This document shows, one piece after another, positions 38,081 to 49,564 of a DNA stretch of 49,564 nt. A program made the position numbers and the translations under genes. Each line of letters starts with the position of its first letter. Position 1 is the first letter of the stretch. The stretch comes from Octopus bimaculoides (taxonomy: Eukaryota), in contig NC_068992.1 of the NCBI RefSeq assembly GCF_001194135.2, positions 68,006,774-68,056,337 on the forward strand, read 5' to 3'. The notes below the pieces were generated by a model. That model was not told the origin of the DNA, searched no databases, and worked only from the letters and a program-made list of their open reading frames with translations.

Positions 38081-38429
38081 CCAAAGCTCATAATTGCTGA
38101 ATCGTTTCACTTCGACATTGCTTCGATGATTTCACACTCAATAGGTACCCGATAGTTGTACTTTCTTTTGATATGGGCAGAGCTGAAAAATTAGCGATGC
38201 TGAAGTAATTAAATGTCAAATGTTAAACAGAAGTACCTGTCCCAACACCATAATTTGCTGAAATACGAAAAAGTAAACTTTGGATCCTGATCGCAAAACA
38301 AGTCCCGGGGCTTAAGGGGTCTTTAAATTACTATTGGAAGGATGTGAACTCGGAATAACAGTAGGAAGTGCTATAAATTATTTTGTCAGAATCTCTAACA
38401 ATATTACGAATCCATCGTGGTATGACCCA

Positions 38430-38773
38430 AAATATAAGACCCAACACCGTTGGAGCATATACGTGGGTGTTCAACCTGCTAGAAACAATTGCGAAATGTG
38501 GTTTAAAGTGCAGCCATCTTCTTGGAGAAAGAACGTATTGGATAATTTGGTTCTGGATGTTCTGTCATTTCCAGAGTCAACATTACTTTGATTCTAAGTC
38601 TACTTGATAAGGGCTGGCCTAGGGCTAAACAACAGCGCCAAGAATAATGCAAACTGTAACAAAATAAAATAAAGAAACACACGTATAAGTCATGTGACCT
38701 AAGCACTTGCGACGGCGAAATGTGTGAAGGCTGCATCAAAAGCTCATCAAGCATAAAAACACATTATACCTGA
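38430..38773 (+). mobile_element. Possible piggyBac C-terminal cysteine-rich domain remnant
   Basis: CKL*QNKIKKHTYKSCDLSTCDGEMCEGCIK..HYT* shows piggyBac-like Cys spacing; upstream frameshifted KTQHRWSIY / VFNLLETIA resembles RRW..VFxNLLD. Confidence 0.4.
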
Positions 38774-38999
38774 ACATACTCTAATAACACACAAACGTAA
38801 CATTAAATATCAATTCTTTATCTAAAACTCAAAAATAAACTAACGAAGTTGTAATGGAGATATAATACGAAAAAAAATAAATAAAAATAAAAAATACGGA
38901 AAGCTGGAATGAGAAGCAATTAATATTCAGGTAACATAGTTGTTCCCATGTAGAACCTGCATGTACGAAAAGGTGCGACTGCAGCACACACCATCGCAT

Positions 39000-39030
<31 letters not shown>

Positions 39031-39659
39031 AGCAAGCAGACAGGCACACAAACACATAGGCAGGCACGAACGTACACACACACACACACAGAGGCAGATA
39101 GTAAAGTATCAGTCGATAACACACCTATCTTATATACATTACCTAAAATAAGATTAGTCATACCAACTATATTAATAGTAAAATGTAATACAATCCTCAA
39201 CTCACAGAAGCGCCCCCTATTAGCGAACTAGCTACAGTCACTCTATCCGCAGTATTTCCTGATTGCTGAATGAAATGTGACGTCATCAGTAGAATACTGG
39301 AAGTAATGGGAGGCAAAGATGTAACAACCAAAACGCCTTAAAATCACAACCTTGTACCTAAATAAAAGGAAATATGTAACACAGAAAGAAGAGATGGTCA
39401 CTCTTGGAACGTTATTAATTGCAGCTTTGTTTAATCGGTGCTGCTTCAGATGGGGACAACAAGAACAATAACAAGTAAAACCTTTTTGCGCAAGAGATGA
39501 AACATTCTTTGGGCTTTAGAAATTTCTCTTGCTAATATAAGACAAAGGTGCAGTTGTCTAATATGAAACAAAGCCCCTAGTTTTTACAAACAATGGAATC
39601 GGGGATAAAATGGAGTTTTCTGTAGCATACATGAAATAAAATGCTTTACACACGTACAC

Positions 39660-39673
39660 GCAGACACACATAG

Positions 39674-39732
<59 letters not shown>
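39660..39732. repeat. (CA)n microsatellite
   Basis: Seen directly. Confidence 0.95.
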
Positions 39733-39735
<3 letters not shown>

Positions 39736-39799
39736 ACACAGTTACACATATATGCATACACGCATGCATGCATCCATCCATGCATACATAAACCAGATT

Positions 39800-41226
39800 A
39801 GTAACCTCTCCATCAATGATTTCACTGTTTCCCCTGTATCTGACGAGAAATGTTACAGGTATCTAGAGGTGGATGAAAATTTATCTTACAATGGCACCTG
39901 TAACAAAACCCGTGTCACTAAAGAATATTATAACCAAATAAAGAAAATTTGGACCTCAGAATTCTTAATGTGTTTGCAGTGCCAGTGCTCATACCAACAA
40001 TTGAGCTGCTTGATCGAACGCTTGATGAAATCCGAGCCATTGATGTGAAAACCCGAAAAATACAAACAAGCACACATAATTTCCGCATAAACAGTGACAT
40101 AGACCGCCTGTACCTAAAACGAAAACAAGGCAGCAAAGGCTTAACATTGATCTAAAATGCCTTTGAATGTCGCATCATATCCGTTTGGCAACATCTTTTA
40201 ACCACCAAGTGTCGAAGTGCATCCTTCGGCCAAGTTTGAATACATGAGGCTGACAACATCATAAGACTTGAAATGCAGCTCCTTGAGCACCACACTGTCT
40301 GATAACCTAGAATACATGCCCCAACAAGTCGCAGGACTCTACTGCAACATATCATCAGGTAAAAGGATGAGCCTATATGAGCAGAAAACTATTCATGGAT
40401 ATGTCAGTAGAAAGCTCCGTGATGATAGTAACGTCGATCATCAAAGCAGTTTTTCATGGACGAATAGCCGGATAACTACCTCCCACTTTGAAGGGTATGC
40501 GTTTTCAATCCAGGAACAGGAAATAGCAACAGTCTGATGCACAAAAGGGATAGATATGCAGGAAAAGCCGTAAAATGTGACAACCGATGCAGACTTTGTG
40601 GAGTTCACACTGAAGATATCACCCACATCATAAGCAGTTGTCTGAAAATGTTATCACGGTATTATACACCGATAAGATATGACGTTGTATCTAGGACACT
40701 CTATAATGAAATCCGTGGAAGGATAATCTCAAAGACAAAGAAATAAAAAACCACAATATGGTAGAAGCGATAGCCACTCATGATAAAAAAAAAATCATGT
40801 TGGAGTGTATTAGTGAAGACCTCAACAAAATGTAAGCACAACAGACCGGATATAATGATTTGGGATATAGGATAGAAACTGTGCGCAGTTGTGGAAATCA
40901 GCTGCCGAGTAGATGTTAACATGAAGCTGAAGGTCAGTGAAAAAGAGAACAGCTATGTTGAACTATTGAGAAATCTGCAGTTATTCTATCCAGATTACAG
41001 ATTCAGGTTTGTACCTGTAATTATGGGGCCCTGGGATATGTAACACAGCGCCTAAATACCAATCTTGAGAAATTATGCTTTCCAAAACCAGAAAGGAGAA
41101 AGCTAATTCGAAAACTACAGATCCAGTCCATCACTGGAACTGTAAGAATCTGTAAAACTGTCCAGAAGTTTATCACTTAAATATGTATAAGCATATCTAG
41201 ATATGCAACTATATGCATGAGAATAC
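39800..41226 (+). mobile_element. R4/Dong-clade LINE 3' portion (RT end, CCHC knuckle, RLE, start of 3' UTR), frameshifted
   Basis: CYRYLEVDEN, KEYYNQIKKIWTSE, NVFAVPVL, DIDRLYLKRKQGSKGL, FEGYAFSIQEQEIAT, NRCRLCGVHTEDITHIISSC, KHNRPDIMIWD, LQIQSITGTVRICKTVQKFIT* (stop at 41178-41180). Confidence 0.92.
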
Positions 41227-41412
41227 CAATTTTAAATACTATTGGATTTTACTCACAAGGTATTGGAATCTTGTATGTATACCATTCCGCCTAAATAATT
41301 GATCTACAAATGCAATATCCCTGCATATCTCACTTCTATTTTCATTCCTCCACTTCACTCTCTATTTTGTATTTTATCTAGAATAACTATTGCTTAACCA
41401 TTTTCTCACACC

Positions 41413-41460
41413 GTCTCCGATGAAGGGATATAATAAATATCCTGGAAACAGCTGTAAGAC
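41413..41460 (+). ncRNA. Minimal type I hammerhead ribozyme motif
   Basis: GTCT-CCGATGA-A-GGGATAT(AATAA)ATATCCT-G-GAAA-C-AGCT-G-TA-AGAC: 4-bp stem I, core with a U4-to-C change, 7-bp stem II (one G-U), palindromic ACAGCTGT stem III, GUA triplet (predicted cut after 41456). Confidence 0.72.
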
Positions 41461-41854
41461 CTTCTATGTATAAATGTTCTAAAATCTTCACAGCCTTGGT
41501 TTTTATCTCATTCTGAAAAACAAAAATTTTATATATACACATGGTGATATATGACCTACGTTGGACTCCTTATTCGCATAATCACCGAACGTGGAGCTTA
41601 ACTATGGTCTGTCCATAGCACTTACTCAGCATTACCTGACATCTTTGGGTCTTACTGACACCATTACCTCTCATAACCTCTCCCCTCTCTCTCACACTAT
41701 ANNNNNNNNNNNNNNNNNNNNNNNNNNNNNNNNNNNNNNNNNNNNNNNNNNNNNNNNNNNNNNNNNNNNNNNNNNNNNNNNNNNNNNNNNNNNNNNGTAT
41801 CGATGATGGTGGAGGATATCGACTCCTTACTTGTTTTTCTAAAATGCACCAGAA

Positions 41855-41940
41855 ATGTGCTGGGGTCGATTTTTCGACTAAATACGGTGCTTCAGCATGG
41901 CCGCGGTCAAAAGAATGAAACGTTTAAAAGAATAAAAGAA
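41855..41940 (+). mobile_element. SINE family A 3' part
   Basis: ctggggtcgatttttcgactaaatacggtgcttcagcatggccgcggtcaaa..aaaagaataaaagaa. Confidence 0.8.
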
Positions 41941-42139
41941 TATATATATATATATATATATATATGGCACGAACACGTATATATGATGGTGTATTTGTGT
42001 GAGCGTGCGTATGTTTCACTCTGTGTGTGTATGTGGGGGGGGTTGTATGTATGAGAGTTGGGATATGTTCCTCAGGATGTATATAGTAAGGTTGTAGACG
42101 TAGGTCTGTACTTGTTTGTATGAAGCCGTGAATGAATAT

Positions 42140-42545
42140 ACGAGAGAGAGAGAGACAGAGAGAGGCAGAGGGAGAGAGAGGAAGTCGTCAGGAAGGGGTG
42201 AGGAAATGGGAGGGGTAAGGCATTTACGAAAGGAAATTCCTCATCCCACTCCCAATCAAACAACAACAAAAAGCTAAAACAAAAAATAAATATAAATGAA
42301 AATAAAGAAATAAAAGTTTGAGATGCAGAGGGAGTGATGAGGAGAGGAAAGAGGAGGGGGAGGGATAGATGAGAGAAGGGCTGAGGTGAAGAAGGAAGGG
42401 GGAGGAGAAGAGATGAATGTGGAACAGAAAGAAGAGTGATGGGATTGAAGAGTGTGGGAGGAGGTTGTGAAGTAAAGGAGGAGAGGTAAGAGGTAGAGTA
42501 GTAAGACAGACGGAGGTGGGGGGGGGGGAATAAAGATGAAGAAGA
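42140..42545. repeat. Purine-rich low-complexity tract (GA/GGA/AAG)
   Basis: Strong purine strand bias seen directly. Confidence 0.85.
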
Positions 42546-42762
42546 CTAACAAGTTATTAAGATTCTCACTTATCAAACTTCCTTTCCTAAATCGTTGATT
42601 AGTTTTATTAAATTTATCTATTTGTTTTAATTATTTATTTATTATTGCTGATACTACACTGTTTCTCGGATAATTTTTTGTATTATTTCTGTTTTCCCTT
42701 TTTTTTTGTTTGTTTTTTTTTGTTTTTGGAGGGGCGGGGACTGTTTGTTTTGATTTCTTCAG

Positions 42763-42868
42763 CGTGCTGTTTGTTGGCGTCGGCCGCGTTTGTCAGGCTT
42801 GCCTGGCAGAAGCACCAGTGGAGCGGTCGGGAGCAACACTAGCCGAGATCTCTTTCCATCAACAACTT
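42763..42868 (+). other. Candidate 106-nt GC/CpG-rich exon (unassigned)
   Basis: Acceptor tgtttgttttgatttcttcAG, donor GTAAGT at 42869, 61/106 G+C, 8 CpG, two open frames. Confidence 0.45.
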
Positions 42869-43519
42869 GTAAGTACTTGTGAGATGTCATCTAAAATACA
42901 TCACCACACTCACACAAACATGCATACACACACACACATAAGTTTGATTAGATATTCGTATACATACATACACACATACATATACACACACATATATACG
43001 CATATATATATATATAACCATACCGTTTCGCATACTCTTGCATGTACATTCACGTATCAAAATGATAACTAAAATAATACACAGAATCAGAGGAAAATCT
43101 CAACAGAAGTCATTGTTGTTTTTGTTTTTTAACGCACATTATATCTAAAGAGAAATACAAATTAATTAATAATAACAAACATAATAATACTTAACGAATA
43201 TTACTAGAACACATAACAACATCATGTCATATTGGTTAACAACAATATATTTATAAAATATATGAACACAAACGTAATGAATAGGGACAAAGAGTAAAAT
43301 ATTGTTATGGTTGTTGTTTGTATTTTCTCAATTTTTGTAATATATTAGTTGTGAGTGTAAAGGATGAGAGTTCTAATTCTGTCAGTATCGATTTCGTGAT
43401 TTTGGTTCAATAACAGTGACGATCCTTAATCGATGCAATCCAATATTTCCTATTCCACATTTCCAATCCACTCTACTCTCTTTTAAATGGTCAATCACTA
43501 AGAATGGCCATAATAATCG

Positions 43520-43733
43520 GTCCTGCTATAAGCACAAGGCCTGAAATTTTAGGGGAGTGGACTAGGCGATTACATCGACCCCAGGGCTCGACTGTTTACT
43601 CATTTTTATCGCCTCTGAAAGGATGAAAGGCAAAGTCGACCTCATCGGAAATAGAATGGATATAATAATGATTCAATGATAATGTTTACCACAAAACAGT
43701 TTATCTGGCGTGCTAACGTGTCTGCCAGCTATA
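43520..43733 (-). mobile_element. SINE family B (variant tail)
   Basis: aaaggatgaaaggcaaagtcgacctc and ggcgtgctaacgtgtctgccagct on the + strand. Confidence 0.82.
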
Positions 43734-43802
43734 GGCAAAAACGCCTGAAACTGATTTTATTGCGATTTTTTTCTTTCTGCTGTATTTTTAGGTTTTATAT
43801 AT

Positions 43803-43890
43803 TTGGGGTGAGAGGGGGGGATAGTCGATTACACCGACCCACAGTTCAACTGATACTTATTGTTATCGATCCCGAAAAAAAAGGATGAAA
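43803..43890 (-). mobile_element. SINE family B 3' half
   Basis: gtcgattacaccgacccacagttcaactgatacttattgttatcgatcccgaaaaaaaaggatgaaa. Confidence 0.75.
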
Positions 43891-43892
43891 TG

Positions 43893-44690
43893 GAAACGTC
43901 AGCGTCAGCACATGTCTGCACATCATCAACCACTTCATGCCCAGGCCACCACTTAGCGGGTGTCGGCAGCAGATAGACCGTCTGACCATCGGGACGCGTC
44001 CCTTCCACAAGAAACGGAAGAGTATACCCTCCAGCGTAATCAGACGGTGGCCAGGACAAGGCACGAAGGTCAAGCGATAATAGATGACGGACGCAATATA
44101 CGTCACCTCTGCCCGACCTTTCAGGGATAGCCTTCTCTCGTCCCAATTCTGGATGAGAGTAGTCACCCTGCTTGTTACTTTGTCCCAGGTTTTATCCAGC
44201 TGGAGGTATGGACCAAAACAAACTCCGAGCAATTTAACCGGTCCGTCCGTCCAGCGCCCAATGATGCAGTTGGACGGCATGGACTTGCTTCTCCAGGTGC
44301 CGAGCCGCAAGCCCAGTGGATTTTTTCCTGGTTAACCATCGCTCGTGAAACCGCCTCGTAGTCCCTGAGAGCGGTGCTGATCATTTCTATGTTTATGATC
44401 CGACACAACTACGGTGACATCGTCGGCATATGTTGACACGCGTCTCTCACATCCTAGGTCACGCGAGATGCCTATCAACGCCTCCAGTTTGTGTAGCAGT
44501 GGCTCGAGAGTCAGTACATACAAGAGAGACGGGAGGGGGAAACCTTGCAGGACAGAGCGCATTGTGTTCAATGGCTCTGAGGAGTGACCATTCACTGTGA
44601 CCACTGAACAGATTTCGCTGTGCATTGCAGCGATCCAGCCCCTGAATACAGGCCCGAAACCAGCTGCAATAATACTTTCTACTCTAGGCA
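43893..44690 (-). mobile_element. L1/Tx1-clade LINE reverse transcriptase fragment, frameshifted
   Basis: RSVLQGFPLPSLLYVLTLEPLL, STYADDVTV, VKLLGVCFG, WDERRLSLKGRA, LFRFLWKGRVP, SGGLGM. Confidence 0.92.
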
Positions 44691-45123
44691 CAGGGCTTGA
44701 AATTTATGACATACGATCTTTCTGTTACGGTTACAAGCCCCCACATCATTACATAGTTACTTCTTTACTGAAGTACGTTTCCAATTTTATTTTTTTAATA
44801 AAATACTGGTTAGCGGGTAGATAAATTCGAATATACCCATCTCCCTTATGGTGTATGCATCATGAAAACAGTTCTGAGTTCAAATTGTACCAAAGTGGAC
44901 TACTTTTCTCCGTTGATTTTTATTAAATCACATTCTATCAATTACTCATTCGTCTACATAATCACTACAAAACTTGTCGTCAATTGAAAGTCAGCAGAGA
45001 TCGATGAAAGAAGTATGAATAAAATAAAACACAAGTTGACTCTGTCCCCTGAACTGTACCCGCCGTCAAAATATAGTGTCAGACTCACAATTTTATGTCA
45101 GAATTACTAGTATCGACAGATTT

Positions 45124-45344
45124 AAAGCGATGAGCTGGAACAAGAGTTGGTACGCTGGAGGAAATGCTTAGCGGTATTTCGCCCATTGCTACGTTCTGAG
45201 TTCAAATTCCGCCGATGTCGACTTTGCTTTCATCCTTTCGGAATCGATAAAATAAGTACCAGTTGAACACTGGGGTTGATGTAATCGACTCATCCTCACC
45301 TCCCACAAGCTGCACTTGTGACAAAAATTTGAAATAATTATTAT
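45124..45344 (+). mobile_element. SINE family B
   Basis: gaaatgcttagcggtatttcg..gagttcaaattccgccgatgtcgactttgcttttcatcctttcggaatcgataaaataagtaccagtt. Confidence 0.9.
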
Positions 45345-46059
45345 CCAGAGATTTATTAATAAGGCGGAAAATACTTTATTGTATGAATATTAATCTTTAA
45401 GTTATTAATTCCGGTCAGAGTCAATACTAGATTCATCACTTTGGGATTCAGTATATAGTCGAGTCTATGGATACGATTTTCCTCTCCTCCTCAAATCAGC
45501 CTTTCACCTGATTACGAACTGCTCATGACTTGCAGTTGCCTAAACTATGCATTGTTTAGTATATACCACTATCAAAGGTATGTTAAAGTGTCATATTTAT
45601 TAGATTTTAGCATGGTGTATTAAGATTTATCAATTAATGTGGACATAATGCGAGACTAGTCGATCGAATGTAATATTCATAAGGATACTGTGAACGGTCT
45701 ACGAACAGGGCTCATAAATATGAGCCGGAAATAGGCTTTTAGTTCATTGGTTGGGTCCGATGGAAGGGGTTGTGTTGTATGCCGCTTACATGCTTTTCGG
45801 GACCAATGGATTTAAAGAGATTCATGTTCTTCTTAAACAGGTGAAAGTGCCTAGCTACAAACAGGAGAACAAAAAGAAATTTTAAAAAAGGAAAATTCCA
45901 GACTGTTGATATTCTGGGGAGAGAGAGAGAATAAAAGTCGTGTTGAGTCAGGAGCAATTTGGTTGCTCAAATATGATAACCCCTTAGTGAAAACTTAGCA
46001 TCCGCTTTTTAACTGTAAAATCATTGTCGTTATAACGTCGTGCGAGACCAACAGCTGCA

Positions 46060-46215
46060 CTTCAATGTTGTTCAAGATGATGTTGATAATCTTTTCTGAT
46101 TGAGAAGGTTTTATCATTCATAATTCGTTTGTTATGAGTGCTCAGATGGTAAATAAAGAGATTTACTTGGATTTCCTGGAGCATTTCACAGAGGCGGTGT
46201 GAAGAAGCCCGAGGA
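46060..46215 (+). mobile_element. Mariner catalytic-domain fragment
   Basis: FKMMLIIFSD*EGFIIHNSFVMSAQMVNKEIYLDFLEHFTEAV*RSPR matches the mariner KxMLxVFFDxxGxxHxEF..GQTVNxEYY..L..LRxAVR pattern. Confidence 0.75.
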
Positions 46216-46504
46216 ATGAACAGACACATCGTTGATATTACATTTGTTATTTATCAAATCAATTCAGGAAATCCCCAAAGCTTCTGATAATCTGTCGTGT
46301 AAAACGCTGGGCCAGTTCTGCAAAATTGAATAGATGCAAAACTGATATTAATGTTGAAGGGGAAAAGTGACAGGTGAAACTGTGGTAATTTCGTGTTATT
46401 TCTTGACATAATTTCTTGATAAAATATTTGCCAGACTATTTTTGAATCCTCTACTGACATACATGTTTCATCGTTGGCTCGAGTTTCGATGCTGAGACAA
46501 GTAG

Positions 46505-46550
<46 letters not shown>

Positions 46551-47602
46551 GTTGGGGCGGGAGAGAACTGTCCCCTTTCGCATTTTGCTGACCTAACAAA
46601 AACCTTTTGAAACGGTGACTAGAAGTGCACTGTGGATAATTTTGGAATAATTAAGTTATTTACCAAGATTTATCGATATATTATTGTAACTACTCTAGAC
46701 ACAGTTTTGAAGGCTTAATTAGACGGTAATTGTATTTCGTCAGAAGTGATTCTTGTGGTCAAGCAGGAGGTTATAGCTGCGCCAAATTTGTTCTTTATAT
46801 TATTATTCACACTCCAAATGAACTGTAATTGTAAGAAAGTATTGTTGTTCACGGGATGGGAATTGATATATTTTTTTAACAAATTCTATAAATCGTCAGC
46901 CGCGTCTCTCGGAATGGTCTCACAGATTCTGAGATTAGCTTGAGGATTGAAAGGGGGTTACAGTGTTCGGAAAACTCGAAAAACGAGTTTAGCCAGACAC
47001 GAACCTGCGGTAATATTTTGCTTATCAGAGGATTCTTAACAGATTATACGCCAGCAAGACAAACACATCCACTTATCCGAGCTCTACTTGATGCTGGTGA
47101 CCTTGACCAAAAGTTAAACTTTAATTGCCCTGAAAAATTCAGAACTCAGTGGTGCTATATATATGTATCTATGGTCACATGAAAGTTTGCGAACCTGATA
47201 TAGATGTATGAATGGAATATGAAAGAAGCCTTCCTCGAGATTATATCGAAGGCAACTTTTACACTCTCGCTCTTTCAACATACACATGAAGCCAGATGAC
47301 ATAGTTTTGAATAATATATGGAAAGGATACAGCCGTAGTTAACAGGCTGGATGGTGTCAGTCGGAAGTGATTCTACGAGTCTTTACAATTAAAAAAACAT
47401 ACAGAAACAACAAAAATTCTGCTGGTGCCGTGGGAAATACTGTTGCAGCATTTAAGTTGTCATGAAATATATTTCAGCTTATTATGGGGAATTGAATATG
47501 ACAGCGAATACAAAACTACGATTCTCTATCAATATACACACTATGGAGTGTATATATGTACGTGTGTGTGTGTGTGCGTGTGCGTGTACGAGTGCCATTT
47601 AA

Positions 47603-47665
<63 letters not shown>

Positions 47666-47800
47666 TCACACCTTTTTAAGCCTAGTACTTATTTTATAGT
47701 TCTCTTTTGTTAAGATATTAAAATATTTTTCTTAACATGAATCCAGTGGTAGTCTTAACACACAAATAAAGAGATTCTATCCACTAATGCAGAAGTTGAA

Positions 47801-47840
47801 TACTTTTCAGACTGTGATCATGCTGGAGCATCGCCTTGAA
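47801..47840 (-). mobile_element. SINE family A 3' remnant
   Basis: gactgtgatcatgctggagcatcgcctt matches 28191-28218. Confidence 0.6.
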
Positions 47841-49532
47841 GATATTTTTCATGTGTATGCAAAAATGTTTCTACAAACATAATAACTGTGAGATTTAAAT
47901 GTAACAGATGCCAGAAAGATGTGGAGAGAAATATGTTTAGCAGAATTAACACAAGTGACTACGATGAAGCAAATACGACACATTACCCCTTTTCACTTCA
48001 TTTCCATTCGTCGTGTCTCCCACTAAATTAGCTCTAAGATTGTTAATTCTTATACTGTCCTTCGAAGTGATGATTTCTTTCTAGTTTCAACAGAGTCGGC
48101 TCCGCTATAAATACCATTCAAAACAACTGTAATCGATCAGGTCACCTATCAATAATAACCATAAGCCCGACTTGCCCCTCGTTGATCAAACAAACCCTTC
48201 CTACTTCAACAATAGTGACGCTAACATCCTTGTGTCTACCTCTACGATAAACGATTATATTGACCAGGATAGGTTACCTACTGAGTAGAACTCTACCAGT
48301 AGGAAAAAAAGTGTAGTTGTCGAGTCTTCCAACACTGTCCTTTAAAGGAAGATTGCTCGTGCCACAAGTATGGAAAGGACACGATCGGCGTCAAACAACG
48401 CTACTCTGCTCGCTTGAGCTCTTTCTGAAATGGGTCCTCTGAACAATATATTTCCCTAGCCATTGTACATACACTACCTCAAGACCCAGGGCATACCTCA
48501 TAGCTTGTCCTCGTCTATAGTCTGTGGCAGAACCTCCTACAGCGCTTATCTTCGCCTTTGTATATTATGTCACCGAGAATCGTTCACAATATTACGCCAA
48601 AATGAGACCAATTTACTTAATCGATTCTCTGACATAGTTTTCTCTTTCAGAAATAAATGCTATTGTGTGCTTTGCTCATTATACTTTCTCCTCATCTTAG
48701 CTAAAATTCTCTTTTCTTAGCGTACTTTATTCTCCTACTACCACCATTCCTTTAAATCAAAATTTAATGCCACCCCCACCCCCGCCCCCTATCCATTGAC
48801 TGATATTCGTAAATCTTTTCTTGTCTGAGAACGTCTACATTGACACCTCGCCATATTAACTGACAAAATTATTTCTTTGACCAGCTATTAACTTTATTTT
48901 CTATATATCTGATCTCTGTGAAGCTGCATCTTCATCTCGTCTCATCACTTAACAACCCCTCCTCCAACCCCAACTCTATTCTCTCCTCTTTGAACCTTTA
49001 TATTTGTAAGCATCACTAGATAACTCGCATTTGTCACTCTACTTTCGAGAGGGAGGCCTAACTTATTTAGCAATTTCGTCCTGGACCTCTCACTAGTTGC
49101 ACACCTAAGACATCATGCGCATATTACTTAAGCCATAACCATGTTGAAACATTTTCGTCGCTTTGAGACCGCGGAATCTTTATTTTAGAACCTGAATTTT
49201 GTGCTGCATCTGAATATATGTTGCAAGCCTAACTGCGTTCACCTACCTTACTACGTCCAAAACTGTTCGATAAGTATTATTGCTCTTATACGTAACTTTT
49301 GATAGCAAGACGTTGGCACTGGAGGACGAGGTTCACAGCTATTTGAGCACTAATCTCTCTTACCTGTACTGAGTTTATTTTGCTTTCACCTACTCAATTT
49401 ACGCAAACATTTTATGTATATAGAATGTAGAAATAGTTATACTTCTATTATTATATTTATTACATACACTCAAATATCAATATATGCCTCTCTCTTCCTC
49501 TCTCTCTCCCGCTGTGCATATACATACATACA

Positions 49533-49564
<32 letters not shown>

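Noticed and set aside
46892-47182. About 97-codon open frame with several CpGs
   Set aside because: No recognisable homology and only weak splice signals.
48277-48303. Hairpin CCTACTG-A-GTAG-AACT-CTAC-CAGTAGG followed by an A run
   Set aside because: An isolated 11-bp stem; not a terminator in this context and no supporting family.
48130-49350. Possible decayed Penelope RT (HKPDLPL, SSSIVCGRTSYSAYL)
   Set aside because: The fragments are short, out of expected order and lack a catalytic motif; they need tBLASTx to be taken seriously.
25-49564. Numerous ORFs rich in CV/HT/YI/LS/ER/X runs, the poly-Y, poly-L and poly-T ORFs, and the KKER ORF at 18937-19125
   Set aside because: They are translations of microsatellites or N gaps, with no coding evidence.

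Overview
AT-rich, microsatellite-dense eukaryotic DNA with ten N-gaps. The SINE families and repeat style suggest an octopus or coleoid cephalopod draft assembly (inference from recognition, not a database result). No intact protein-coding gene can be supported. Most listed ORFs are translations of microsatellites or gaps, and the rest are mostly decayed transposon reading frames. The window is intronic or intergenic sequence packed with transposon remnants: about 15 tRNA-derived SINE copies of three families (here called A, B, C); non-LTR retrotransposon fragments of four clades (CRE, R4/Dong x2, RTE x2, L1/Tx1 x2); three mariner fragments; and piggyBac fragments. The most notable unexplained structures are two minimal type I hammerhead-ribozyme motifs with palindromic stem III (41413-41460 +, 35688-35727 -), neither with a Penelope ORF recognisable next to it. 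One sits about 230 nt behind a Dong/R4 LINE stop codon. Other unexplained structures are a ~390-nt fold-back, a 175-bp direct-repeat pair, a 25-bp minisatellite abutting an RTE 3' end, and a CpG-rich splice-flanked exon candidate at 42763-42868. Element boundaries are approximate unless anchored by a target-site duplication (TSD) or splice site.
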